A stretch of 64,000 bases of DNA from an uncultured Clostridia bacterium. Its GTDB lineage: Bacteria; Bacillota; Clostridia; Christensenellales; UBA1242. The stretch spans positions 8,469-72,468 of the forward strand of contig CAKVHZ010000001.1 of NCBI GenBank assembly GCA_934754445.1, written 5' to 3'. The notes beneath the pieces are model-generated. The model was given only the letters and a program-made list of their open reading frames with translations. It had not been told where the DNA came from and ran no database searches. Numbering within the stretch: position 1 is the stretch's first letter; every line of letters begins with the position of its first letter. Below, piece after piece: positions 43,841-58,800 of this stretch. The position numbers and the translations under genes were made by a program.

Positions 43841-46800
43841 ATGAAGATAAAAAAACTTGCGACTATTTTATTTGTTACACTACTTTCTTTTATGGGGGTA
43901 TTCTTTGGCTGTAAACCAAATTACAATAATTTTAGTATTGAGGTTAATGGCGAGAACACCATTAATTTAAGCACGAAAGAAATAGGGGATTTAAAAACTG
44001 AAGCATATGTGCAAATAAATATTAAAAATGCACCAAATGATGCTTGCAGAAATATTTCTACTCAAGTAAGCAAAGGGAATATTATAACTATTTCTAAGGT
44101 GGAAAATAATAATAAAGATATCGCAGTTTTCAAGATTAAAGCACTAGAAAATATATCTTCATATGACCCTAGTTGTGAAGTTACTTTTAAAAGTGCAGAA
44201 GGTAACAAAACTTGCAGGTTAAAAGTAAATGTTATCATTCCTGTTACAAATATTACAAAAAATGATGCATATAGCCCTTATGTTGTTGCTGGCGATTTAG
44301 ACGAAAACGGACAAGCAAATAAATATTACATAGATACGGCTAGTTTAATTACTTTCTCTCCAAGCAATACTACACAAAGAGATATTGTTTATAGTTTAGT
44401 TGATGAAACTTTAAAGGATAGATATGACATTGTTGTGTTAGAAAATGGTGCGATAAGTGTCGGCAAAGTTTTTGATGAAAGTAATGTTGCTGTTCCTACT
44501 AGCATTAAAATTAATGCAAAAAGCAAAAGTGATGAAACAAAAAGTTTTGATTTTGATGTTAGAGTTTTAAGAGCAATTTCTTATGATGATTTTGAAATTA
44601 GTTATAGATACGATACTATAGATGCCGAAGAACAAAAGTTTAGTGGAGAAGATGATTTAATTGAGGGCGCTGACAATTCTACAACAATTAATACTTTAAT
44701 AAAAAACGGTATTTCTCTTGCATCAAATAAAGACTCTCAAAGAAATGTTGAATTTAATATTTCTATGCTTGCTCAATCTGGATTAAGTTTTGATGAAATT
44801 GAAGTTGAGTTTAAAAATAATACTTTAAACAATGCTTTAATTGAATATTTAAGCACTAATGATATTAAAACAATTAAAAATTATAAAATTTATTCAACGA
44901 ATTCTGGAAACGATGTTTTGGTTGTAAAACTAAAATACAAAGGCATTTATGATTATGCTAAAACTGTTGAAATTCCAATTTCAGTTAAAGAATATCCAAT
45001 TTCTTTAATGGTTAATGCTAGTGATAAAGATGTTTATAATATTTTTGATTTTTATGAAAATTCTGTTAAAGGCGAAGAATTTAATGTTGTTGTAAGTAAA
45101 TTAGGTGCTTATGATAGAACATTTAAAATCGTTATACCTGAAGACCAATTTAATCTTGTTGACATAAGATACAATAACAAATTATTAGATTATGAAACAT
45201 TAACAAATTTAACTTTTGATAGTGGTAGTAGTATATTCATAAAAGCAAAAGAAGTTTTGTCAGTTATAGATTTTGACTTGATGCCAAAAATTAGTTTTGT
45301 TTCATCTTCTTTATTTGTAGATGGAAATTTACCAAATGACATACTAACTACCGAAGAAGGGAAAAAACTATCAAAAACTATAACTTTAAATTTACTACCT
45401 GGAGTTAAAACACTAGAATATGATGGTGTTTTCTTAGAAGAAAAAGATTGTTATTATCTTCAAAGTAAAAATAACCAAATAGTTATTGACTATGTTATTA
45501 ACAAAGAATTTGTGCCAGAATTAAGTAGTGTTATTAATATCGAATTTTTACAAGGTGAAAATTTAATTAAATCTATTGAAAATAGAATTGACAATGTTAA
45601 CAACAAATTGCAATTTGTTTTAACAAGTGGCGAAGATTTAGGTCAAGTTGTATTTTATTTAACTAGTCAAAATGGTTTAAAAACAAAACAAAAGAAAATT
45701 CAAATTTATAATTATTACGATGAAAGCCTTGAACAATTTAGTTTAAAACTGGAAAGTAATAACTTAAAACAATCTAAAATAGGTGAAGATACTAAATATT
45801 ATCTAGGACTAGCCGAAGGTAAAAACTTTGCTAATATTAAAGTAGAAAACCCACAAAATGCTACTATTTATGATGTGGTAATTGAAAGTAGTAATGAAAG
45901 TGCTATAAAACCTACAATTTTAAATAAAGAAAATTTAACCTTTAACCTTTTTGCATTAAATGAAAGTGTAGACCCAGTTAAAATTACAGTTAAAATTTTA
46001 GTATATAGTGCTAATGATGTTGTAAATAATACAATGCTTCAATCCGAAATTGTGCTTGAATTTGAAGTAAATACCTACTATCCTATAACTGCGGTAGAAG
46101 TAAAACAAGAATCAGTTACTGTAGTTGATGGCATGAGTTTAGATATTGATAGCAAAAACAAAAAATTAAATGTTTTAGATGTTGAAAACTTAATTGATAT
46201 CCAAAGAAATGGGGATATTTATGCGGGGCTAAAAGTTGAATATATTTTCCCTACAAACTTTATCGAATTTAAAAACTTTACTTACAACTATAATGCAATA
46301 GATAATCAAAGTTATGCATTAGAAGAAAAAGAGGGCAGTCCATTTAAGAAAATTATTTTCTTTGCAGGGAAATCTCATAAATTTGTAAACAATGAATATA
46401 GTTTTAGATTAACAATTAAAATTTATGACCTAGAAGGTGGCGAAGGCTTAGCGCCTATAACACTAAACATAGTTTTAAAAAATCAAGTTCAAGTAGATAA
46501 TATCGAAATTTTAAATGATGATGGATTTGTTTATTTACAAGATACTGATGTTTATGGTCAAATATTAACAAAAGTTTCTTCAAAAACTGGCGAAAAAGTT
46601 ACAAACTCTAGTTTAACTTACGAAATTGTTGAAAACAATAATAGTGTTAATTTAGATAATGAAGCAGGTGTTTTAACAATTAAAGCACCAGGTGTAACAA
46701 AAGTTAAAATTAGTGCAAATTCAAGTAAATATAACGAAGATGATGAATTTGCGGTATATAGATATGTTTATGTGATTGTTGCAGATGGTAGTAAAAATTA

Positions 46801-49800
46801 TCCATATATTTTAAATGCCAATGATGTAACAATTACTAACGGAAAATATTACACTTTAAAAGAAGATGTTGTTTTAAATAATCAAATAGATGCAAGCATT
46901 AATCAAGGTGGAATTTATGGTCAATTTGCTTATTATGAATATTCAAATAAAAAAGCAAATTCAACATATAATTTAATCTATAAAGGTTTAAATAGTAGTA
47001 TTTTTGCAAGTAATGAAACTTCATTTGATTTTAAAAATATAAACATTGTAATTGAGAGTAGCATTTTAAATGTTAACGATGACTTTGGGCTAATTTCTAA
47101 AGTGAATAAAGGCATTATAGAAAAAGTCAATTTAACAATTTCTAGTTTAGATATAAGTGGTAACTCTTCAAAACTAGGCTTAATGTTTGCCGAAAACGAA
47201 GGCGATATAATAAATTCTAGTGTTAGTGGTAGTGTTATAATTAATATTCCTAATGTTAGTTTTGGTGGTTTAGTAAGTGAAAATAACGGAACAATTAAAG
47301 GCTCATATAACTTTTTAAATAAAACCAATAACGAATATAATGCAAATTTAACTATTGTTGATAAAAATAATAGTAATATAGTTGCTGGTTTAGTTGCTAC
47401 AAATAACGGAGAAATAACTAACATAAAAGTAAATGCAGTTATTAAAAGTAATGCTAATGTTTTAGCAGGTTTAATAGGTAGCATAGAAACTACTGATAAA
47501 AATTATGAGAACTTATACTTTACTGGTAGTTTAAATAATTCTTTAGCAAGTTCTATACTTGGTGGAATTATTGGTCAAGTTTTATACAACAACTCTTTTG
47601 AACTACTTTCTGTAAACTTTATAGAAAATGTAAATAACTCTAACTATATGATTAGTGGTTCAGTTGTTGGTGGGCTTGTTGGCGAGATTAAAGATAGTAG
47701 TATTAAATTTAGTTATGTAACAAGTTTTGTAAACAATCAAAACTTAAATGGTCAAGTAGTTGGTGGCTTGGTTGGTAAATCTTTAGGAAACTTAAATTTA
47801 CAAGCAGTTTATAGTAATGTAAGTTTAACGGGAGAAAAATTAGGAGCATTGGTAGGAACTAGTGAAAATATAGTGATTAGTGATGCTTATAGTAAATCTA
47901 CTGGTGCTAATAGTTTAGTAAATGAAACAACTAATGCTAGTGTTAATGAAACTTATTCGGTAAGCCAACAAAAAGTTGTTGAAAATGGAACATTTACAGG
48001 TAGTAATAATTACACAGTTTCAAACTATTTAGAAACATTAAATAATAGTTTATTTAGTGATGGAAACTTCTTTGTTATTTCTACAGATTACAATAATGGT
48101 TTACCATATCTTGTTTATAATAAAAATGGAAACTATAAAAAATTATTAACTATAGAGGCTCTTAAGTTAAATGCTAATTTCGTAATAGGCTCAGGTAACT
48201 TTGGTAATCACTTATACGGAACTGACAAAAACTTAATAGTTATTGAAGAAAATAATAACATTTATAATAAAGCAGTTATTTTCTATCAAAATAATTTAGA
48301 ATATAATTTAGATGACTTTATAAATATTACTAGTGAACCAAGTGATGCAAATATTAGTGATTTAGTTAGAATTTTAAGTTCTAATGAAAATATTATAAAA
48401 ATTGCTGATGGAAAAGTTAAGATTGTTGGCACGGGTAATGTAATTATTACAATTCAATCTAAAACGAATAGAGATGTTAAAACCGAAGTTTATATTAATG
48501 TTATTAACAAAATTACTAACTTTAATTTAGACTATAACAACATGATTGTTGACGGTGATAACTATAACTTTAATATCTCAAAATCTAATACAAAACTATT
48601 TGGTTACAATATATCTAATAAAACTAATAATATGGGTATATATTTTGGTTTTAGTAATAACCCAGTTAATAGTTTATTAATCAACAATGAAAAGGTAGTA
48701 AATAATAGTGCATTTATAACTAACGATTTAGTAGTATATGCTGGTAGAGATGTATTTAATAGTAATGTTAAAGTAGCACCATTCTATAGTTTAGATTTTA
48801 ATGGAACAAAAATTAACTTAATAGAAAATGATTTAATTTTAAATAACTTAATTATTAATGTTTTAGAAGGTGCAACTTCTATTAGTGTAAGTAATACTTC
48901 TATAACAGTAACAGAAAAAGAAGAAGCAGAATTTGATGTTTTTGTTACTCCTACATCGCTTTTAGGCGATTTAGAATTTGAATATACCGATGATTTAGGT
49001 AGTATTTTAGATACTCCTAGTGTAACTTTAATTTCAAATGATAGTGGATATCTAGTTTATAACGTTAAAGTTAATGCAAAAGCAGTAAATATTGTTGAAG
49101 AAAAAATTGGTCAATTAAAAGTATGGCACAATACTAATAAAGATTTATATTCTTATGTTAATATAATTGTTAGAAGTAGTAAATTAAAAAGTGTAGAACT
49201 AAATCATTATGGTAGTAAAGTAACAAAATATGATGATTACAATAGCATAATAACAAAAGCAACAACTCCTAATACTGAAATAGTAACAGGTAATACTGGG
49301 GTATTAAACATTAATTTATATCCAAGTTATGCTAATATTACAAAAGTTGAAATTTATAGTTCAGTTAATAACGGAAATTATATTTTATTTAATCAACTTG
49401 CTTATAATAATGATGATAAACTAGTAGTAGTTGATAATCGTGGTAATATTAAATATGGATTAAGTTTAGATGTTGCGAAATCTCGTTTAAATGCGGGTAA
49501 ATTTAGTTTTGATGGTAATTTATATGTTTCTACATTATTATCTTCAAATGTTATAGAAAATACAGTATTTACAGTAACTGTAGTTTGTTATACTTTAAGT
49601 GGTGAAACATTAACAAGTTCTATAGAATTAACTGCTAAACCTTTAACAAGTGTAATATTAACAAATGCTAACGGAAGCAAAGATTTCTATTTAGCAAAAG
49701 GTGGAGAATTAAGATTAAAAGTTAATAAAGTAAATTTAACCGAAGATGCGATTTCTACTATCTCTTACGAGTATGACAATAGAATTATCAGTATCACTCC

Positions 49801-52800
49801 AGAAGATGATGAATTAGTAGTAAGCACAGGAATTTTAACTCCAAGAAACACTCAAGTAACTATTACTCCTAAATTTATAACTTATATAAATGGTCAAAGA
49901 ATAGAAGCAAAAAGTAATTCAATAACTATCACCATTGTAGATTTTGTTGTAAATGAAATTTATGTAGAAGATAGTGAAGACGGGGTTTTAAATAATAACC
50001 TAGGTAATTCTACTTTGCTTAAAGCAAAAATAAATGCCGAAATTGCAGATGTTACTAAACTTACTAGCGACCAAGAAAAATTAGAGTATTCTAATATATT
50101 ATTAAAAATTGCAACTTTAGAAGAATTAATAAGCAAAGATAATTTAACTTGGAACTTAATAACTCAAAATAATAGTGGAACTTTAATTTATAATAACTTA
50201 AAAGAAAATGGTATTTATACTAACTTTAAAGTTGGCATTAATGAAGATGGTTATTATTATGTTGTTGGTAAAGTTATATCTAATAACAATATGGCTTTAA
50301 GAGCAAATATTAGTTATGAAAAAGGTTTAGTTACTTTAAAAAGTAGTTCTAATAACGAATTCGTAACCGGCTTTGCATTAGTCGTTAAAACTTATTCTAG
50401 TTTAGATAATCCACTTCCTATAACTAGTAAAGAAGAATTCTTGAACATGCAAGAAGGTCAAGACTACATTTTATTAAACGATATTACTTTAGATGCAGAA
50501 TTTAGTGGTATTAGTGTTAATGTTTCTAGTTTTGATGGTAACAATAAAATAATTAACTTACAAGGTTTTACTATATTAGATGCTAGTGTTCAAAATTTAG
50601 GTTTATTTAACACTGTTGGAGAAGACTCAGTAATTAAAAATGTTACAGTAAATATTTTACCTTCAGTGTTCTATATAGGAACGGATAGTAAATATGGGCT
50701 AAGAGTAAATGCACAAGAATTAACCAGTTTAAATTTTGGTTTAATTAGCGGAACAAATAATGGTGTAATTACAAATTGTAAAGTAGTAAATAATAACAGT
50801 AGAATTGTAAACAAAAACAATATTTATAAAAATATTACAATCTATGTAAACACAAGTGAAAGTGTTGATGTAAAAATCGGTGGTGTAGTAGGTGTAAACA
50901 ATGGCTACATTACAAATAGTAGTTTTGGTAGTAGAAACAAAAACTCTATTACTATTAACTCTATTGCTGAAATTGGTGGATTTGTTTGTATAAACAACAA
51001 AAAGATTGCATCAAGTTCAGTAAAAAATATAACAATTTATAATAATGCAAAATCAAAACTTACAGGTGGTTTTGTATGTGAAAACAATAATGGTTCTTCT
51101 ATTATAACAAGTTTTGTAGAAGGTTATTTAGAAGGCTCTAGAGATGAAGTTACAGAATATATAAAAGACGGCGGAATATTTGCTAATGGTTATGTTGGTG
51201 GATTCGCTACAATTAATAGCGGAAACATTAAAGATAGTTATTCAAACATCGTTATTTCAACAAATAAAAGAAGTGCGGGTTTTGTATACAATAACACTAA
51301 TGGTTATGTAGAAACTTGTTATTCTGCTAGCAAAAGTGCAAAATCTACTCAAAGTTATCGTGGATTTGTTGGAAACAACGAAGAAAATATTACACTTGAT
51401 AATGCTGGTATAAAATATTGCTATTTCTTAGGTGATAGAAATGAAAATGCTGGCGAAGATGAATATTCGGAACACGCAAATCAAATAGTAGATTTAGTAA
51501 AAGCAGAATATTTAGAAGGATTTATTTATGATAATTCAACTTCAACAATTTGGAGTTTTGACGGATTAAGTCTTCCAAAACTATATGATGCAGAAAAACA
51601 AATAATTTGTGAAAGAAAATTATTAGATGATAATAAATCCAGTGGAAATACTGAATTATATGAATATATATATATAAATAATAATATAGGAACTATTAAT
51701 AATCCTATTATGGTATCTTCAACTGAAGAATTGCTTTCTGCCTTAACAATGGAAGAAAACTTGTATTCATATTACTACAATAATAAACTTCAAAAAACTA
51801 ACATTAATTACAATCATATTATTTTGGTTAAAGATATTGATTTGTCTAAATTAATAGATGCTAACAACAATGTTGTTAACTCAGATAAAGAAGTTCAAAA
51901 ACTTCAAGATATAGTATTTGCTGGTAATTTTAATGGTAATGGTATGACTATTGAAAATATCACAATTACAGCAAAAAATAATACGAACTATACTTCATTT
52001 GGTTTATTTAAACAAATAGGCATAGAAAATATTTATAACACTAATGGAAAATTATATAATAATAAATTAGATGAAGATAATTGTAGTGTAATTAAAAATT
52101 TAAATTTAAGTATAGTTAATATTTCTGCTACTTTAACAAAGAGTGTAGGAACATTAAGTGGTGAAGTTATTAATTCTAAACTTTATAACATATCAGTTAC
52201 TGGTGGAACAAATGTTGTTGTAACTGGTGCTAATATGGTTGGTGGTATTGCTGGTAGAATAAGCGGAAACAGTTATGCAAAAGGTATATCAAGCAGTTTA
52301 TCAGTAAAAGCTACTTACGATAATAAAACTAGTAATTACGATTATAATGTAAACAAAACTAAAAATATTTACAGAAATGCTAACAGCAATATTGTTTTAA
52401 ACGATAATGATAATAACTATCGAGTTAATATTGCGGGAGGATTATTTGGTGTTGTAGATATTTATAAAACTGAAGTAGTATCTTTAGTTCAATCTGCAGG
52501 CACTTATTCTTACTATATTAATGGTAAAATTAATAGAGATAACGATGAAAATTTAACTAATGCAAACATTCAATTTGCAAGAGTAACTGATGAAATTTCT
52601 ATAAGTGGAGATATTGTTGGTGGACTATTTGGTTATGTTGAAAGTGGTAGTAAAATTTACGATGCAAGATTAGTTTTAAGTGCTAATTCAAATCAAAATA
52701 TTTTAGCAAGGTCTATTGCCGGTGGTATAATTGGTAAAAACAAAGGCTTTGTTTCATATTTAACGGTTGAACATGAATTATCAGTTCAAAGACAATTAGA

Positions 52801-55800
52801 TGCTTTAAAACAAGAAGAATACAAAGACGGTCATTTATTCTCTAGCATAGATAATAAAGCGATATATGTAGGTGGTTTAATTGGTGTAATAGAAAATGGT
52901 AGAATTGAAAACAGTTATTCTAAGGCAAACATTATTGCTAAAAATTCTATGTATGTAGGTTCTATTGTTGGTAACTTTATAGATAGTAAAATGAATTTTG
53001 TTTATGCTGTAAGTTACTTAGAAGCACAAGATAAAGAAGAAACTACAAGTGGAGTCATTACTAAAAATGCTGGCTATGCTGGTTTAATTGGTAGAATTAG
53101 TAGTTTTAGTGGTGGTTCACTAGGAAATATTAGTTCGGTTATAAGAAACACAAACACAGATAGCATAAAATATAATCTAGCAGGCTTAATTGGTTATAAT
53201 TTACAAGAAAGCGTTAGATTTATTGATAGTGAATTTGTAAACAATATAAATGGAGAAGAAAACAAAACACCTGCTTATTATGGCAAAGCTATAAGTTTTA
53301 CACAAGATGTTAATAAAGAATATAATGATTTTGTTGTTGGAACTAATACATTTAGAAATTATGTAAATAGTGATAACTGGATTATTAATAAAGCACAAGG
53401 CGATGTATTCTATCGTTTAACCTATAATAAAAAAGGTGCTGTAAGAGCAATTAAAACTGAAGAAGATTTAAAGAACTTGTTAGCAAGTGGCGGAGAATTG
53501 CAAAACGATATTTACTTAACTACTCCTTGGAATCCAATTTCATCTTTTAGTGGGATACTAACAAGTGCAGAAAGACCAGTAGAAGATAGAGAAAAAATAG
53601 GTCCAGACGGCGAAAAATTAGGACAATATTATAAAATATTTAACTTAAATATTAACGAAAAATCTAATAATATTGCTTCAAATATTGGGTTATTTGCAAC
53701 TACTCAATCAGCGAATATTAGCAATATAACAATAGTAGTTGGTTCAAATTACAGCCATGCTGATGAATTTGGCAATATTATCACTTATAACAATTTAGGT
53801 AGCGATAGATATGGTATTGTTATAAACAATAAAACATTAGAACCTAAAGATAACATTAACAATTTAGGCACATTGAGTGGCTATGATAAAGGTTCAAGAT
53901 TTACTAATGTTACTGTTAACTTTGTTAGTCATAACATTAGTGGCGAAAATAAAATTGTTAACCCTATAGAAACAAACTTAACTCATGTTGGTGGACTAGT
54001 AGGAACAAGTAGTGAATCTACTTTTGAAAATATAACTATTCGTAATTTAAAAATAACCAAATTAGATTTTAATGAGAATGCCTTTGTTGGTGGGCTTGCA
54101 GGCTTATTAACAGACATTAAAGAAATTAGAGGTTTAGTTATTGAAAATATTGCTTTAGGCGATGAAAATGTTGGTAAAATAATCAACAATCAAAAAGCAG
54201 GTTATAACTATATTGGCGGTGTTGCAGGTAGAATTATTAATAATTATGACTTGGCAATAATCGGTCAAAATATAGATGATAGCGAAGAACCTAGTTTAAT
54301 TAAATTAACAAAAGTTAAACTAGAAAGCGATGGCGGAGAAATGGTCTTTGCTGGTATGATGTCGGGAGAAGTTGCAAAAGCAAATATTAAAAATGTAATT
54401 ATTGAAGATTCATCAATAAGTGCAACAACAACAAATAAAGATTTAAGTTTATTTAGTATTGGTGGACTAATAGGTTCTAGCACAAATTGTGAAATTAATA
54501 ATGTTAACATTAAATCTAATAATAAAATTGAAGCCGAAACAGGAGATAATACTAACTTTATATTAAATGCTGGTGGATTAATTGGACAAAGTTTTAGCGG
54601 AGAAATAACCAATATAAATATTTCTGCTCAATTAAATGTTTCTACTAAAAACACTAATGTTACTTCAGTTGGTGGTTTAATTGGTAGGAATGGAACAAGC
54701 GGAGATCTGTTGGAAGCAAGTGATAGAACTGGCTCTATAGTTAAAAATGCTACTGTTAAAACCTATATTAAAGTAAGTGGTGCTATTGGTAGCAAAGATA
54801 AAAACTTTGTATACATTGGTGGTATTATAGGATATAACTATAAAACTGAAATTGGAAATTCTATCTTTTTAGGTTACATTAAACCATTAGTAAGTATGTC
54901 TAATTATGTTGGCGCTATTATTGGTGCTAATATTGATAATAGTGGTTTAATTAATAATGCTAGTCAATTTGAAGACACCGTAGATAATCAAATTAAAGTT
55001 TATGCCATAGAAGACTTAAACTCTATTAATAAACGAAATATTGATTTTGGAACATTCATTTCTTACGATAATTTTATAAAAGATATAAATAAATATTTAC
55101 CTATTAAAGTAAATAATGTAGATGACATTTTAGCAGATGAAGAAATTGACAGTATAAGTGGAGAAACGATTATTTATAAACAAGGTAGTGTTTATAACCC
55201 TTACATTTTAGATAATACTTCATTGATTGAAGATGCAGACACTGGTTTATATGTTATAAACAATGATGATAACTATGTTCACTTTGTTTTAAATGAAGAT
55301 TTAAGTTTAGATAAAACAATAAAAGAATTAAATGGTATTATTATTGGTAATGGATATAAATTAATAGAGCAAAGCACATTGTTTGGGAAAATTAATAATA
55401 ATGCAATGATTTCAAGTGTATCTGTTGTTTTAGAAAATAAAGAAATTAACATTAATAATACAGATTATACTAAAAATGTAACAAGTATAATTTCTAACGA
55501 AAATAATGGTTTAATTTACAACCTTGTAACTAGCGGTAATATTTATTACGAATACGACAACGAAACAACGCTTTTAAGTGATTTGGCTTCGGCTGTTGTT
55601 ACAAATAATGGATTTATTAATTTAGTTACATCTTCTTCACAAATTTTAATTAATAAAAACTGTGATGATGATTCTAGCGAATCTAATTTAGTTAGTGGCT
55701 TTGTTGCTAAAAATACTGGTGCAATATTTAACTCTATTGCAGTTGGCAATATCCAAAATTATCAAAAAGTATTAAATGCTAACAAAATTAATACATTCCT

Positions 55801-58800
55801 TGCAAATTTATGCGGATTTACAAGTAATAACGAGTCTTTCATAGTAAATTCTATTTCTGCTGTTGCAATTCCAGATAAAGGCGAAACAAGAGTTGAAAAT
55901 AGTAATTATGCTTTTGGAAAACCTGAAACTAGTTATGTTTATAATTGTTATGTAGATATTTATACAAATGGCGATTATAATTTTGACGAAATAAAAGCAA
56001 ATTACATAAAAATGAATGAAATAGAAAACAATATTAGAAATATTAAAGTTGAAGGCGAACCTGAACCAACAACTAATGAAAGTTCTAATATTTGGGTAGA
56101 AGGTGATGTTGCTGTATTATTTGGTTACACTTATCCAAGAATAAGCATTTATGAAATTAATGACATAAAAAATATCTTATCAACTAAAGATGGTGAATAT
56201 TATTTAATTAATAATTTTGGAGTATTACAAAATACAATTAACAAATTGCAAGAAAATGAACATATTACTAGAGTTAAAATAAAACAAGTTGCTTCATTTA
56301 GAGCAAAAGGTTACAGATTCTATAAAAATGATGCAGGCAACTACACTTATGAACTTTCAAGTAAATTTGAAGCAATTAGCATTATTAAACCATTAGACTT
56401 TAATGGCAACAATCAAATAATTAGTGATTTAGTTGTAACTTCAGCAGTTGAGATAGAAGAAATTGATGAAAAAATAACTGGTATATATGGTTTATTCTAT
56501 GAGAATACCTTACTTGCAAAAAAACCAAGTATTAATATTGAAAATTTAGCTGTTGTAAACTTAAATATTTTGACAACTGATAAATACGATTCAATCTATG
56601 CCGGATTAGTAGCAAAAACGAATGGCGAACTTACTATTACAAATTGTTATGTTTCTGGAACTATTGATAATGAAACTTTTGTAGATGCTAAAACGGGCGA
56701 AGAATCTAAAGTGAAAAATGGTGAAGTTTATGTTGGTGGCTATGCTGGATATATGAATTCATCAACATTAAGCAAAATAACAAATTCTGTTAGTGAAGTA
56801 AACACTGCGTTAAGTTATTTTAAAGCAAAATATACAATAAACGAAGACGGAAAAACCACTGAAAAAACAGGCTATGATGGTTATGTTGGTGGAATTGTTG
56901 GTTTTGCTAACAATGCAAACATTAATAACAATATTAGTCTAGGTAATGTTAGTTGCTCAACTGTTATTTCATTAGAAATGGGGGGAATAGTTGGTGCAAT
57001 TAATAAAGGTGAAATATTTGGCAATATAAGTTTATCTAAAGTTGCTTATAAAGGTGCATACTTTGGATATTACAATAGTGTTGGTAGCGATTTAATTTAT
57101 AATGTAAATGCCATTGTAGGCTTTAAAGGTAGTGCAACTTTATCTAATAATATTTATAATAGTTTAACAAGTTTAGTTGGGGATAAATATATTAATTCTG
57201 AAAAAGAATTAATGAGTTTAGTCGGACTTAATTTTGAAATTGCTAGCAATGAATTTACTACTAAAGATGAAAGAAAATTAATAGAGAACTTAAATTTTGA
57301 AGTGGTAACTGCTACAAATTTTGTTGTAGAAAGTAATAAATTCTACATAGTTAATTTAGGTGAAAATACAGAAGTAACAATTAACTATGCCGAAGATAAA
57401 GGTAACCCTATTAAAAATATTAAAAATACAACTATTATATTTAGAAAGAATTGTAATGTAAAAGTAACTGAAAATATTTTTGATAAATTAGAAAATTGCA
57501 CAATTTCTAACTTGACAATTAAAGCAACGGATATTGTTAATACCGCTACACTAGCAAAAGAAATTATAAATTCTAACTTAGTAAATATTAATATAGATAA
57601 TATTTATGCAACTAGAACATCAAGTGAAAATAATGGTTTACTTGTAGACAAAGCAGAAAATAGTATTATTAGCAATGTTAAAGTGAACTATGGTAGAATG
57701 GAAGTTGTTAATAATACTTCTGCAAGAGTAAATAGCGGAGCAATAGTTGGTTATATTAAAAACTCATTAATTAGCGAAAGTGAAAATAGTGCAACAGTAA
57801 CAGCAAGTTTTAATTGCGAAGCAGATGCAGGTAAAACTTATTATACTGCGGGAATTGTAGGGCAAATGACATCAAGTTATTTATTTAAATGCACTAATAA
57901 TGGCTTAGTTTATGCTAAAAACATGGCTGAAAATTCTGCAAATATGGGAACTAGTGGTTTAACAAATAGTATTGGAGATTCTAACTATGTTTCATTCTGT
58001 CAAAATAATTCTAGTGTTAAAGGTGTTAATGATAGCGCTAAACAAGAAAATTGTTCTAATGCTGTAACAGGTATTACATTAAATGCTACTACTTTATATT
58101 CTATTAATAATGGTAATATAATAAATGTTTCTAAAATTACAGATAGCCGAAATAATGTCGCTACATCTATTAGCACAGGCACAATATATTATTGTTACAA
58201 TAATGCTTCAGTTGCTTCTAGTGCAAAAACTTATTTGTTAACTCAATCAACAGCATACTATAGTTATAGTGTCGGTGGTGGTTATGCCACTAACGGGATA
58301 GATTTAACTGGGAATAGTAATAATTTTGCTAGTTACAACTTAGATGGAATTTGTAAAGATATAGAAGATATAAGCGAAGGGAAAACATATTGGTATGCCA
58401 AAATAATTAACAGTAGTTTTGATTTAATTGCAAGTAGTGATGATATTGCTAATACTAAAATTATTTTACCAATTATAAGATTAATTGATGGAACAAAACG
58501 AAATAGTCCATTAAAAACAAATGCTTCTGGTGATACTTATCAAATTTCAACCGCTTATGAGTTATGGTATTGGAATAGATTTGTTTGTGGCACGGAAGAT
58601 GATAAAGATGTTGAATTAACTTGTGATATTGACATGACTGGTTATTCATGTAAAAATACTGGACTTGCATTTACAAAAACTTTTGATGGACAATATCATA
58701 CAATAACTTCATTAACTATAAAAAACCAAACGGACATTAATCATGAAGATATTAATGGCGCTGAAATTTCATATCTATCATTTATTGCAATTAACTCTGG

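Noticed and set aside
43841-43862. A7 tracts in the first codons of both giant lipoprotein genes (also at 62765-62771) as slipped-strand phase-variation switches.
   Set aside because: Runs of A are the normal way this genome encodes the Lys-rich n-region of signal peptides; similar runs occur at 2494, 6982 and 34730. There is no specific evidence for phase variation.
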